In this document: piece after piece, positions 51,438-62,132 of the stretch
Position numbering within the stretch: position 1 is the stretch's first letter
Layout of the letters: every line of letters begins with the position of its first letter
Virus record (IMG/VR): IMGVR_UViG_3300003872_000001
Location: 1 to 64,000 of that record
Reading direction: 5' to 3' (one strand)
From: a virus
DNA: 64,000 nt
Position numbers and translations under genes: made by a program
The notes under the pieces: generated by a model
What the model was told of the DNA's origin: nothing
Databases searched by the model: none
Seen by the model: the letters and a program-made list of their open reading frames with translations, nothing else

Positions 51438-52133
51438 CTATTTACCTTGACAATCTTGATCTTGAAAATCTTTATTTGCAATATAATATTTATCATACTC
51501 TGCATATAGCTCGTCAAATGATAAATCATTATTATTAGAAAATATTCTACAAATATGAACATTATCTTCCTCACCATTTATCACTTTCATATAAGTTCCA
51601 TCTTTATAACCGTTATCTTGTCTAAATATATTAAGTACATTCTTAATGACGTATAAAGTGTATAATTCATCTATATCCATATGTATACTATTCATAACTT
51701 TAGCAAAATTAAATATTAATGTTCCTATACTGTATGGTCTAATAAAAGTTACCTCAAGAAGACCTTCTAAGCATTCTACAGTTTCTAAATAATCTAGCGG
51801 ACCAGTTTTCTTTTCAATATGTTCAGATAATAAATCAGAGCACATCTCTTCAGTTATATTTGTACCTGCTATCTCAATACCCCTACTCATAATGAAATGC
51901 CAAATATCAACAACTTCTATTTTAAGATTATCCCAATCTACAGCACCATCTAAATTCTTCCAATGCTTATAAGTATCGCTACTGTCTATGGCCTCAGCTA
52001 TTTCTTGTCTAATATATCTTAACCATGTTATTTTTCTACCATTAGTAGTTCTACCTTCAGGCCAATTTTTACCACATGTTTTAACATTAAGTGCATCTTG
52101 TAATGCAACCATTTCTCCTATTTTAGAATTCAT
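51438..52133 (-). CDS. dut: Dimeric (all-alpha, Campylobacter-type) dUTPase
   Basis: EIAEAIDS..KHWK, EVVDIWHF, KNVLNIFRQDNGYKDGTY, GEEDN. Confidence 0.9.
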   Translation of the reverse strand: MNSKIGEMVALQDALNVKTCGKNWPEGRTTNGRKITWLRYIRQEIAEAIDSSDTYKHWKNLDGAVDWDNLKIEVVDIWHFIMSRGIEIAGTNITEEMCSDLLSEHIEKKTGPLDYLETVECLEGLLEVTFIRPYSIGTLIFNFAKVMNSIHMDIDELYTLYVIKNVLNIFRQDNGYKDGTYMKVINGEEDNVHICRIFSNNNDLSFDELYAEYDKYYIANKDFQDQDCQGK

Positions 52134-52134
52134 C

Positions 52135-53595
52135 TTATTTATCCTTTTTTGTTATATTTAATTTTTTTCGTAGATCTTCTGGGTACCAATAAGGTATATA
52201 CTCACCTTTTCTCATTTTAAGTAAATCTATAGTACTTAAGAAAGGTATAACATTTTTATCATATTGATTAGGTATCCAAAATCCTCTAGTGTTTAATAAT
52301 AAATCCCAATCATAACCCATAGTTTTAAGATCGTCATATAGTTCCTTAGGAGTACATAATAATCCATTTTCACGATATAAAGGTTTAAATACACTTAATT
52401 GTAACATTTCACTAGTAATGTTAATAGCCCTTCTTAGACTACTATCTTCTTCAGTTTTTTTTCTAATTGTTGTCCTGCCTAAGTTAACTTCAGGATATAT
52501 ATCTAAATGATAATGAACTAAGCTACCATCTATACCATATCTATTATTACTTTTAATATAATGGAATTCAGTCAAACTAGGTAATACACCCTCATTTTGG
52601 CTAACTACTAATTCAATAGTAAATCCACTAGCGCCACCTTTATTCCTAAGAGCAGTAAGCTTAACAATATTCAATTCTGTTTCACTAGCATCATCTTTAG
52701 ATCTAGGATATTCTGGTAGTCTAGTAGATTGATTTTTTAATACTCTAGCTGTATGAGCATACCATGCTATGTTAGTTAAGAAGAAAAATTTAGGACCAAC
52801 TCCTTTAATAGCATCATCCTGCTTCAGATATTGTAATTTTTTAGTGGGTTGATTATACATAGCTGGGCCGCTAGCCATATTAATCTTTTCACCAATATGT
52901 GCTGTTGTTAAAAAACATATATTAGCTTTATTCCCTAATGTAGGAATACTACTTAGAAACTTAGTTTTAAATAAACCTTGTTTCATAAACGCAGTATTAG
53001 TTTTACTATCATCTATATCTTTACTCATAAGCGAGCTTGTGGAACCTGGTTCAAATTCAGTAAGACTATCTATTTCAGCAAATGTGGGTATAATCAATTC
53101 TAATGGTTTTTTTGTATACGGGTCTCTGAATGCTGTAAAAATCATTCTAGTATTTTTAGATTTAGCTTTTTCATCTGCATATTTATTAATATCATTCACC
53201 CATTCATCTGCATTCTCTAAAGATTTATCAGTTATATGCCAAAGTGCATTTTCTCCTAAGATTACACTATTCTCATCCATATTAACAAATGGTTTAGCTA
53301 GCATTGATAATCTGTCTAGAGATACATTAACTTCGGTATCATATGTAGTCATAGCAGTTGGTGTGGAATATAATAGTTTATCAGCTGCTGACAACATTAT
53401 ATAGTGTGTTAAAGTGCTTTTAAATGAGTTACCTGTACCAACTACTGCCGACATGCCCCCAATACTTATACCACCATTAACCACGGTCTCCCCGTTTTTA
53501 CCTATAACAAAATTTGCTGTTGGTATATCCATTAGAGCACCTATATTAATAGACACCTTAGGTAATGTCCTTGTTTTAGTATTAAATTTTAACAT
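52135..53595 (-). CDS. uvsX: UvsX/RecA-like recombinase (phiKZ gp152-like)
   Basis: INIGALMDIPT, GTGNSFKST Walker A, YDTE, IDSLTEF, VSQNEGVLPSLTEFHY. Confidence 0.85.
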   Translation of the reverse strand: MLKFNTKTRTLPKVSINIGALMDIPTANFVIGKNGETVVNGGISIGGMSAVVGTGNSFKSTLTHYIMLSAADKLLYSTPTAMTTYDTEVNVSLDRLSMLAKPFVNMDENSVILGENALWHITDKSLENADEWVNDINKYADEKAKSKNTRMIFTAFRDPYTKKPLELIIPTFAEIDSLTEFEPGSTSSLMSKDIDDSKTNTAFMKQGLFKTKFLSSIPTLGNKANICFLTTAHIGEKINMASGPAMYNQPTKKLQYLKQDDAIKGVGPKFFFLTNIAWYAHTARVLKNQSTRLPEYPRSKDDASETELNIVKLTALRNKGGASGFTIELVVSQNEGVLPSLTEFHYIKSNNRYGIDGSLVHYHLDIYPEVNLGRTTIRKKTEEDSSLRRAINITSEMLQLSVFKPLYRENGLLCTPKELYDDLKTMGYDWDLLLNTRGFWIPNQYDKNVIPFLSTIDLLKMRKGEYIPYWYPEDLRKKLNITKKDK

Positions 53596-53764
53596 TTATA
53601 TTCCTTTAATTTATTTCATCAAGTAATACATGTATAGTATAAATTATTTGTAATTTAACGAAAGCTAATTTATTCTAGTTTAGTATTATATGATAATATT
53701 TAATTTTAATTCTATTTCATTTAACATATGGAGTTAAAAAATAATACACACAAAAGGAAACAAA

Positions 53765-55210
53765 ATGGATAAGATAGAAACTAGGCATGAGTCAGTGGTA
53801 AATAGTTTATATAAAAGTATATGTTATAAGTTAAGTAATGATAATAAAATTAGAATGTTCACTAAGGATCAATTAGATAAATATCTATTATCTAATGAAA
53901 CATATAATACTATATTAAATAATCTACAACATACACAAAATAAAGAAGACTACCCGGTATTAGACTATGTAGATAATGGTAGAAATGAAATATATTTAGA
54001 CCATTTAACTATAGATACTAAATCGGGCATATTGAAATTAACAGGTTCTAAAGTATGTAGTGTTTGTAAAAAGGAATTACCTTTAACAGATTTTGGTAAA
54101 ACTGGTGTTAATAGTAGATCAGCTACCGGTAGACATTCAGCCTGTAAGAAATGTATTAGATTAAAAATGAAAGAGCCTAAACAACTATTATCTTTTATAC
54201 ATAGATATTTAGATAAAAATCCTAAAATAGATTTAAAATTTACTAGAGAAGAGATGTGGGATAGTTGGTTACGACCGGATAGTGAATTTATGAAGTTATA
54301 TAACGCATGGGACAAAATAAATATAAATGATACTCCGAGAATAGAACTCATTGATAAAACTAAACCTTATACATTAGATAATATAAGGCCAATCACTATG
54401 AGAATACTTAAACGATTAGCTAAAGAATCCACTACTAAAGTATGTCAAAAATGTAAAAAAGAATTACCTAAAGAAGCATTCTCTATAAATAGTAAAACTA
54501 AAGATGGTAGAGATACTACTTGTAAACAGTGTACTATAAACGAAAGTAGAGATTTTCATAAGTTAGGATGGCGTATGTATAATGGTATGGTTGGTCGTAG
54601 TAAACGTAGAGGGCATGCGTTACCGACATATGATAAATATGAGTTTCAAAAATGGTTAGAGAACCAACCTAATTACAAAACACTATACAATAATTGGAAA
54701 GAACATAATTGGAACGAAAATTATTCTCCTAGTATTGACAGAATAAATAATTATATAGGTTATACTTTAGATAATATACAATTAACTACACGGGAAGCTA
54801 ATAATGGTAAAGAGAGAATTCCTGTTTTACTATATGATAAAAGGGGCAATCTCTTAAAGTATTTTGTTAATATAAAAAATTGCGCAGAATATCTAGAGAT
54901 ACACCCAGTTACTATTTTTAGGAATGTTAAAAAAGGTAAATTTTACTATAATGAACATATAGTTATACCTGAAAGAATATTTTCTGAAATGTTATTAAAA
55001 TCTATATTAAAAAGAGTAGTTACTATAGTAGACAATAAAGATAAAATTTTATCTATAGGTAAAAAAGGTAACATTAAAGTGTATGATAATATTAAAGATT
55101 GCTCTAGTGATACTAATGATTCTCCTAAAGCTATTAATAATATATTAAGATCCGGTAATAAAAGAAAATTTAGCAAGAATGGTTATACATATGAAAAACT
55201 AGTTAAGTAG
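53765..55210 (+). CDS. Free-standing homing-endonuclease-like protein (CxxC zinc fingers, HNH-like modules, NUMOD1-like tail)
   Basis: 2x KVCxxCKKELP..GR..CKxC; SPSIDRINNYIGYTLDNIQL; YDKRGNLLKYF..CAE.L. Confidence 0.75.
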   Translation: MDKIETRHESVVNSLYKSICYKLSNDNKIRMFTKDQLDKYLLSNETYNTILNNLQHTQNKEDYPVLDYVDNGRNEIYLDHLTIDTKSGILKLTGSKVCSVCKKELPLTDFGKTGVNSRSATGRHSACKKCIRLKMKEPKQLLSFIHRYLDKNPKIDLKFTREEMWDSWLRPDSEFMKLYNAWDKININDTPRIELIDKTKPYTLDNIRPITMRILKRLAKESTTKVCQKCKKELPKEAFSINSKTKDGRDTTCKQCTINESRDFHKLGWRMYNGMVGRSKRRGHALPTYDKYEFQKWLENQPNYKTLYNNWKEHNWNENYSPSIDRINNYIGYTLDNIQLTTREANNGKERIPVLLYDKRGNLLKYFVNIKNCAEYLEIHPVTIFRNVKKGKFYYNEHIVIPERIFSEMLLKSILKRVVTIVDNKDKILSIGKKGNIKVYDNIKDCSSDTNDSPKAINNILRSGNKRKFSKNGYTYEKLVK

Positions 55211-55261
55211 CTAAATTCTAATATTTCTTGAATGTTCCAAAATAAAAATAAGGTTAATGTC

Positions 55262-56134
55262 ATGACAGAAAATGTATTAAAAGAATATAGGTTAGCTATA
55301 GAGAGTTTACCTAATTTAAAACAACGCGTAGATATGTTAGAATCTTCTAATGAGAATTTAGGAGCTGTATTCAATAGTGTCTCAGGATTTATAACATCAC
55401 AATTCACAGCTATATATAATACCTTTAGTAATAACAGCAGTAGATTAGAGAAGGTTAATAAAAAAGATCTAAGCGAACAAGCGAAAGACCTTATTAAAAC
55501 TAAAAAAGATATAGCTAAAATTATATCTAGTAAAGAAATGGCTACTTTACATAATATTGAAGTGCCTGTACCACTAGGTATGAAAGTAGATATGCTTACT
55601 GCATCAAGTTATCTAAATACAGCAACTACTAGAATCTCTAAAAAGATATTAGTGTATATATACGAAGTAGATACATTAGTTAGTAAAATGTTAGCTGACG
55701 CTGACTATAGGAAGAAACTTAAACCAGGCAAAATGTTCTTTGAAATACGAAGTGACTCTAATGATAATTTAGATAATATAAAAGCTATCATTGATGAAAA
55801 TGGTGTTAAAGATAGGATGACTCTAGATAACCTTTTACCTAACTTAAATAGTTTAAATTCAATTTTAGCTAATTTAAATAGTGCTAATAACACACTCACT
55901 TATAGTAAGGTAAAAAAAATAGCAGAATCTATAAATGAATTAAGTAGCAAAATAAATGATTTATACGAATATTATACTGATAATAAAGATCTCGGTATAA
56001 CTAAATCTAGTATATCTGAATTAGCTTATGGTGTAGAAAATCTAGCAGATTATACTACTAGTAGTATAACAGTTTTCTATTTAGTTAACCAACTGAATAG
56101 TTCATTTGTCAATATGATAAAATTAATAAAATAA
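55262..56134 (+). CDS. Putative internal head protein
   Basis: S-x-E protease-like site (SSNE), VPVPLG motif; start probably ATG 55262. Confidence 0.55.
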   Translation: MTENVLKEYRLAIESLPNLKQRVDMLESSNENLGAVFNSVSGFITSQFTAIYNTFSNNSSRLEKVNKKDLSEQAKDLIKTKKDIAKIISSKEMATLHNIEVPVPLGMKVDMLTASSYLNTATTRISKKILVYIYEVDTLVSKMLADADYRKKLKPGKMFFEIRSDSNDNLDNIKAIIDENGVKDRMTLDNLLPNLNSLNSILANLNSANNTLTYSKVKKIAESINELSSKINDLYEYYTDNKDLGITKSSISELAYGVENLADYTTSSITVFYLVNQLNSSFVNMIKLIK

Positions 56135-56143
56135 GGAAACAGA

Positions 56144-57448
56144 ATGAAGTTATTCGACTTAAGTAATGAAGAAGTAGTTGCTACTGAAGCATATGTACCA
56201 AATGAAGATATGGTTGAAGAAATAACTAACCTACAGAATGAGATAGTTATGAGTTGTGAGGCTATGACTGAAGGTCTAGCTACAGTTGAAAGACTAGAGA
56301 CTATGTTAGCTAGTCACGAGAATCTACCAAAGAATATTAAGTCTGATGTAGCTTATTGTAATGTAGCTACAGAGAACATCTCTATGGTATGTGCTAATAT
56401 AGGCCTAACTCCGTCAGTACAAGTATCTGTAGAGTCTATAGATGATAAAGAACTAGGATCGCTATCTACTGAAGATATTAAAGATACTATACAAAAAATA
56501 ATAAATGCAATCAAGAAGATGTTCTTGAAAGTAGCAGCTAAGATCAAACAGTTCATAACTAAACTAGTTCATAATGGTAGAAGACTAGATGCTAGATTGG
56601 ATGCATTTAAAAAAATAGTTAATGACTCTAAAGCAGAAGATGTGCAAGATGAAAAGAAAGAAATTTTATTAAAGAAATTAAAGAAATTCACAACTTTATT
56701 TTCAGCTGCATTAGATGATGGCGCTTCTGGTTCATTAACACTTAAACAACTTGATACATTAATTAGCTTTAGTTCAGAATACAAAAACGTGGATAGTTCT
56801 ATTGAAGTACCAGAAGAATTAATGAATGCTTTCATGAATGGTTTTGCTGACCCTGAAAATGAAGACAAAATATGGGCCGATATCGTTAAACGTTACGAGC
56901 ATAATTATAAAACTCTATTCGGTAAACTATTACATAATCTGGCTAAGAATAAAATAGAAGGAGATGACGAAAAAAAAATTGTAACTGATATAAAAATACA
57001 GCCAATACGCGTGGATGGTGATGTGATTTCCGGTATGATATACTACATGTATACCAAGAATAAAGATAAAGAACCAGAACTTATGTTAAAATTTATGAGC
57101 TTTAAATGTGACCAAGATCGGGTATTCCATGATACTTCAAGTGAGAAAGTTTCTGTTCCGGATTTAGCAGATGTTAAAAAATTTATATCTGGTATTGAAA
57201 AGCCTAGTTCCGTATTAAGTAAATTATCTAAAGGTGGTGAAGAAGATTTAGACACAACTGAAAGATCTATTAAAAGATTAGAAGAAATTGTCAAAGACGA
57301 TGATAGTGAAAGTGTTCGTATTAGTTCAAAAATTAATGAAATATATAGTATAGTTCCTAAAGTAGTTAATGGTAATATTATTAACTATTATAACAATATT
57401 GTTAATATATTAGATTTATTTTCTGCATATATTGTAGTTAAAAAATAA
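56144..57448 (+). CDS. Putative internal head protein with acidic propeptide
   Basis: Many S/A-x-E sites (SNE, ATE, SHE, SVE, STE) followed by IKDTIQKIINAIKKMF amphipathic helix typical of phiKZ-like head proteins. Confidence 0.7.
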   Translation: MKLFDLSNEEVVATEAYVPNEDMVEEITNLQNEIVMSCEAMTEGLATVERLETMLASHENLPKNIKSDVAYCNVATENISMVCANIGLTPSVQVSVESIDDKELGSLSTEDIKDTIQKIINAIKKMFLKVAAKIKQFITKLVHNGRRLDARLDAFKKIVNDSKAEDVQDEKKEILLKKLKKFTTLFSAALDDGASGSLTLKQLDTLISFSSEYKNVDSSIEVPEELMNAFMNGFADPENEDKIWADIVKRYEHNYKTLFGKLLHNLAKNKIEGDDEKKIVTDIKIQPIRVDGDVISGMIYYMYTKNKDKEPELMLKFMSFKCDQDRVFHDTSSEKVSVPDLADVKKFISGIEKPSSVLSKLSKGGEEDLDTTERSIKRLEEIVKDDDSESVRISSKINEIYSIVPKVVNGNIINYYNNIVNILDLFSAYIVVKK

Positions 57449-57455
57449 GTATAGT

Positions 57456-57489
57456 TATACGCTAGTAGCTAATATGCTACTAGTGTATA
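57456..57489 (+). terminator. Hairpin terminator (TAGTAGC family)
   Basis: TATACGCTAGTAGC-N6-GCTACTAGTGTATA. Confidence 0.7.
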
Positions 57490-57543
57490 TAACTTTTAAA
57501 TTACTTATTTCATTAGTGGAAAATAGAAAATAAAGGTTAAGAA

Positions 57544-58971
57544 ATGTCTAAAACTAAAGAAGAGAATGATATTGAAGTAGAACCTACATATCATATGGTT
57601 ATATATTGTGATGGAAGTGCTGGGCCTACTAATCCCGGATTCTATGGTACTGGTATACATGGTTATATTTATAGTAATAAAAGTATAGGTATGAAAAATG
57701 GTGACCGGCCTAATAAGTTTATGATAACCGATATGGGGTATATAGAAAATGGTCAAATGAGTGATAAGGCTAATACTATTATTCCATTAGTCTACTTAGA
57801 TGGCTATAGGTCTAATAATGGTATAAATAGTAATAATGCTGCTGAAATAGATGGTATACAAATAGCTATAGAAACTGCTCTGGATAATTCTAAATATAAA
57901 ATATCGTCTATCTATATTAAAACAGATAGTCTATATGCTATGGGTGTTTTTGAGAAAGCTAAAGGGAGTGTGAAAATTTGGGATACACCAGACAGACCTA
58001 ATATCGAAAGATATTGGTTAGCTAAGGATATATTAGAAAGAGCTAAAGAAGTTAACCTTGAAATTAATATTATTAAAGTACTTGGACATAGTACTGCTAT
58101 CGGTAATCATTTAGCTGATAGGATGGCATTCTTAGGTAGAGATATGAGTGGTAAGTATTCTAAAGATGAAACTATTATTAAATATACCGAACCAAAATAC
58201 TGGAAGCCTAAAATAATTAAAAATTCTCTTATTAATTTTAAGAATTTATACTTTATGAAAGGTCTGACTAATCCTAATATGTATTCTATATTAAATTATG
58301 GTGATGTGGAATTAGGTAAAAAAACAAACACAGCAACATTTGGGCTAGTTAAATTAAATGAGCCTATTACATATATTAATAATATTATAGATCAATTTAA
58401 CAGGTATCTAGGAACTAAAGCAGTTATTTCAACTATAGATCTTAGTGTACTTTATTCGCAACGCATGATGCATTATTATGATTTATTTAAAGATGAAATA
58501 CTTATTCCTAATCCTAGAGGTAGAAAATACTTAGCTGTTCTAGAAGAAGATATAGTGTGTAGTGAAGTATACCCGCCTGGATTAGCTAAAAGTGCCCTAG
58601 ACAAGACTTTGATACTTAATAATATCATCTATGATTATGAACATGAGAAGAATATGTTCCACTATGTAGATATAACAGATAAGATTTATGGTGTGGACAG
58701 TAAAGGTAAACCTAAAACTCTACTAACACAAACTGATACTATAATAGATGTTACTATAGAATGTGGTGTTGTTAAATTAGAAGTAGGCACAGATATAATA
58801 AATAGAAATTTACTTAAGAAGATTGAAAATGAAGAAACTAAAGTTTATTTAGTTTATGTATATAAAAGTAAAACTAGTGTACAATACTGGACCTTAGTTG
58901 ATGCTACTAAGGTTAATAATATTGGTGTGTACTGTAATTTTTATACTGGTTATTTATTCTGTAAAAAGTAA
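57544..58971 (+). CDS. rnhA: Ribonuclease H (phiKZ gp155-like)
   Basis: YCDGS..NPG..G.G, SNNAAE, TDSLY, KVLGHS..GNHLAD. Confidence 0.9.
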   Translation: MSKTKEENDIEVEPTYHMVIYCDGSAGPTNPGFYGTGIHGYIYSNKSIGMKNGDRPNKFMITDMGYIENGQMSDKANTIIPLVYLDGYRSNNGINSNNAAEIDGIQIAIETALDNSKYKISSIYIKTDSLYAMGVFEKAKGSVKIWDTPDRPNIERYWLAKDILERAKEVNLEINIIKVLGHSTAIGNHLADRMAFLGRDMSGKYSKDETIIKYTEPKYWKPKIIKNSLINFKNLYFMKGLTNPNMYSILNYGDVELGKKTNTATFGLVKLNEPITYINNIIDQFNRYLGTKAVISTIDLSVLYSQRMMHYYDLFKDEILIPNPRGRKYLAVLEEDIVCSEVYPPGLAKSALDKTLILNNIIYDYEHEKNMFHYVDITDKIYGVDSKGKPKTLLTQTDTIIDVTIECGVVKLEVGTDIINRNLLKKIENEETKVYLVYVYKSKTSVQYWTLVDATKVNNIGVYCNFYTGYLFCKK

Positions 58972-59086
58972 TATCTGTATACTAGTAGGCAACTACTGGT
59001 ATACTTGTAAGCATTTCTTGAATAATATGTAACCTTTAGTTATTAAAAAGAGGTTCATTATGTTAAATATGAAAAATTAATAAGGA

Positions 59087-59500
59087 ATGATTATGTCTGA
59101 TAATAGTATATTTACCGATGACGAAAAAGAAATATTAGAACTTACTAAAAAAGTAAGAATCGATGCTTTAAAATCTTTAACAAAAAATGGCTCACCTGTA
59201 AAAACTAATGAACTAAGAATATTAAATGAAATAAGTACATCTTTAGATAAGGTTGTACAAGATTCTGCGTCAAATAGACTTAAGTCAGAGGATGTTAAAA
59301 ATAGTAGTGCCACTGTAGATTTAGTTAGGGAGACATTATTAAATGCTCAGAAGATTAAAAGTAAAATGACCATGAATACTGTACGTGAATTAGATAGCAA
59401 TTTTAAATTAGAACATATTGTTCCCGGTCATACTGATATCAACCCTGGTAAACTAGAGCCTTCTGAATTTATAGATATTAACGATGGAGATGCCAAATGA
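59087..59500 (+). CDS. Conserved hypothetical protein
   Basis: ORF between RNase H and virion protein; IVPG.TDI C-terminal motif. Confidence 0.6.
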   Translation: MIMSDNSIFTDDEKEILELTKKVRIDALKSLTKNGSPVKTNELRILNEISTSLDKVVQDSASNRLKSEDVKNSSATVDLVRETLLNAQKIKSKMTMNTVRELDSNFKLEHIVPGHTDINPGKLEPSEFIDINDGDAK

Positions 59501-60300
59501 TAATCAACTCACAAAGAACTATATACGCACTAGACATGCAATCACATATGATGCTAGGTATGCCATATGAAACATTACCGAATACTACATTAAATGAAAA
59601 ATATAATTTTTTAACTAACTTAACTACAAATGGTGTATATCCTACTATTAAATATCTGGTAATAGGTAAGGGCGGTACACCTAAGTTCACTAATAGTCTA
59701 ATGAAGCACTCTGCACACACAGCTAAAGATGCAGCACTATTCGAACAAGTTCCTTTTGTGATGAAAACACATGAGACTGATTTGTCTGCAGCAGACCAAG
59801 CTAAATATAGATTTAGATTTATAGAGATTCATAATGGTGTAGAATATGTATGTTACTATTTAAAAATTATTCCATCGATTGATTTAAATCGTGGTATTTA
59901 CCAGGTTAATGTTGTTGGTAATGATGGTAAGTTAGGTTACTTCGACACAAACAGAAGCGATATATTACTACCTAAACCAGCGGCTAATATAAATTATTTA
60001 GATACAGCAAATAGTGTTTACCTTGCAAAAAGTATGAAAGTTATGTTCGAGATGACTATTGATGATATAGACAACCTTAAAGAAGTATATAAAATACTTT
60101 ATAAGGAACCTGTTAACATAACTGAAATTGGAGTTTGTAGCGGGATTGACACACCTATTGCTAGTGGAGCTATTGAGGCTAAATGCGTACAACTTAATTA
60201 CTTTGTAGGAGTAGACATTAATCTGGTAGAAGATCTTGACGCCAATGGCCAGTTTATTAGATCGATAGAAATTGGTGGTAGTGAAATGTTAATAATGTAA
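59497..60300 (+). CDS. Virion structural protein (phiKZ gp157-like)
   Basis: NTTLNEKY, Y.VIGKGG, H...DAALF.QVPFV..DL...KYR..YYLK, EIGVCSG.D. Confidence 0.7.
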   Translation: MIINSQRTIYALDMQSHMMLGMPYETLPNTTLNEKYNFLTNLTTNGVYPTIKYLVIGKGGTPKFTNSLMKHSAHTAKDAALFEQVPFVMKTHETDLSAADQAKYRFRFIEIHNGVEYVCYYLKIIPSIDLNRGIYQVNVVGNDGKLGYFDTNRSDILLPKPAANINYLDTANSVYLAKSMKVMFEMTIDDIDNLKEVYKILYKEPVNITEIGVCSGIDTPIASGAIEAKCVQLNYFVGVDINLVEDLDANGQFIRSIEIGGSEMLIM

Positions 60301-60314
60301 ATTAAGGAGGATCT

Positions 60315-60869
60315 ATGGATACAATTAATATTTTAGCAATAGATCCTGGTGGGAATACAGGTGTTTCTATATTTACTATAAATGTAGTTACTATTGAAAT
60401 CGTTAATATAGAAACATTTTTTATAGATTTAGAATATTATGATAAAGATAATGATTATGAAAAACTAAAAAATAAACTATTAGGTTTAAGCGTTAGCATA
60501 AAACATATAATAGATGTTTATAATCCACACATACTAGCAATTGAAGATACATTTGTAAATTATAGATTTCCCAAATCAGCAATTTATCTTTCCCAATATA
60601 TAGCAACTATTGAACTAGCTGTAATGTCGTCTAATAAATTTATTAAAATATATAAATATCCTCCTAAACTTATAAAATATTATGTAGGAGCTAAAGGTAA
60701 TGCCGATAAAGATATGATGTTAGCTAGAGTAGCTCTTATACCTGAGATAACTAAATATATTAACCCATACCATATAACTGAACATGAAATCGATAGTTTA
60801 GCTATAGGTTATATTACTATAAATTTTATACGAGAAGATCCTTTACAATTATTAATCCTTTGTAGTTAG
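60315..60869 (+). CDS. ruvC: RuvC-like Holliday junction resolvase
   Basis: ILAIDPG.NTG, LAIED, P..IK..VG.KG.ADK, EHEIDSLAIG. Confidence 0.88.
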   Translation: MDTINILAIDPGGNTGVSIFTINVVTIEIVNIETFFIDLEYYDKDNDYEKLKNKLLGLSVSIKHIIDVYNPHILAIEDTFVNYRFPKSAIYLSQYIATIELAVMSSNKFIKIYKYPPKLIKYYVGAKGNADKDMMLARVALIPEITKYINPYHITEHEIDSLAIGYITINFIREDPLQLLILCS

Positions 60870-61010
60870 TAAAACTTCATCCTTCAGAGCTGGGTAACAC
60901 TAGAGTGTTACAACTAGTAATATAACTATCAAGTACTATAGGTAGGGAACCGACCTTAGCTGCTCTTAGAGTAGTCTAGAAGCCACCTCGTTCGCAAAGT
61001 GGTAGTTCAC
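60870..61010 (+). mobile_element. Minimal IS200/IS605 derivative (left end + omegaRNA/right end), copy 3
   Basis: Degenerate left end after TAGTTAG fused directly to the omegaRNA block shared with copies 1 and 2. Confidence 0.8.
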
Positions 61011-61106
61011 TAATGATATAACATACTATTAGGTATTACCTAATAGTGTGTAAATATTTGACATATATCACTTCCCTGAATGAAGAAAATATAAATAGGA
61101 GGAGCT

Positions 61107-61586
61107 ATGATTAAAAGGATTATAAATAAGTTACAAAATTATTTAAATATACATAATGAAGACCCAATCATAGTAAAAATTAATAAATTAGAATCACATA
61201 TTTCTAAATATGAATTTAATCCTTATTTAACAGCAAGTAATATAGAAGTCATACATCCAGATATATTGATCTATACAAAAGCCATTAATGACTTACTTGC
61301 ACAAAATTTATCTAAAAATTATATTAAGGTACAACCTATAAATAAGAATAGTGTATTAACAGTCCATATAGGTACCTTCTGGACTGATCAAGGCAATTTA
61401 CTAACAAATACTAATGCAGCTTTTAAAGAGTGGCTAGAGGCCTCTAAAGAGCTTATTAATAGATACAATATAAATATCAAATTAGTAGGATCTGGTATAC
61501 CATATAGTAATGCAGTCAAACTACAACCATACATCACTAATATAAGGAGTATAATCAATACATTGGAATTAGATTACTTCTCTTAG
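61107..61586 (+). CDS. Hypothetical protein
   Basis: AGGAGG RBS. Confidence 0.65.
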   Translation: MIKRIINKLQNYLNIHNEDPIIVKINKLESHISKYEFNPYLTASNIEVIHPDILIYTKAINDLLAQNLSKNYIKVQPINKNSVLTVHIGTFWTDQGNLLTNTNAAFKEWLEASKELINRYNINIKLVGSGIPYSNAVKLQPYITNIRSIINTLELDYFS

Positions 61587-61619
61587 TTACCAGAAGTAAG
61601 TATTTGAGATATGTGCGTA

Positions 61620-61660
61620 TTTGATTCTAAACAGAAACAAGTATATAATATTAAAATAAG
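61620..61660 (+). promoter_or_regulatory. Putative early promoter
   Basis: Differs from 221-261 by one base over ~40 bp. Confidence 0.7.
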
Positions 61661-61718
61661 CATAACAATCAATGTTGTGTAAGCCATCACCAAGTATGGT
61701 GATATAAAAGGAAACTTT

Positions 61719-62132
61719 ATGAATAAAGGTAAGATCAAGTTAGAGGAAATAACAACTTTCCAAGAAGGAACAATATTAACGAAACTATGGCGTAATATTT
61801 TACATGATATTAACTATATAAATAATTTAGAATATTTAGTTAATAGATATGTCAATAAGACTAAATCTTCTGTTAATATGGTTAATAGACGAACTAAGTC
61901 GTCACTTATTAAAAATATAACAGCCAAAGATATGAGTTGGAGAACTTTTATAGATTTAATATTTAATGTCTTAGATATCAAATTTATGACAATTAGTATT
62001 AAGTTAGATCATGCTGACGGTACTAGTACTGTGCACCATATTAAAACAGCTAAACCAATTATTAAAAAGACACTTAAGGGAGTCATAGATGGAGATACAG
62101 ATGAAGAAACAAATGATAAAAAGTCTATATGA
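61719..62132 (+). CDS. Conserved jumbo-phage hypothetical protein
   Basis: LTKLWRNIL..MSWRTF motif; follows early promoter. Confidence 0.6.
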   Translation: MNKGKIKLEEITTFQEGTILTKLWRNILHDINYINNLEYLVNRYVNKTKSSVNMVNRRTKSSLIKNITAKDMSWRTFIDLIFNVLDIKFMTISIKLDHADGTSTVHHIKTAKPIIKKTLKGVIDGDTDEETNDKKSI

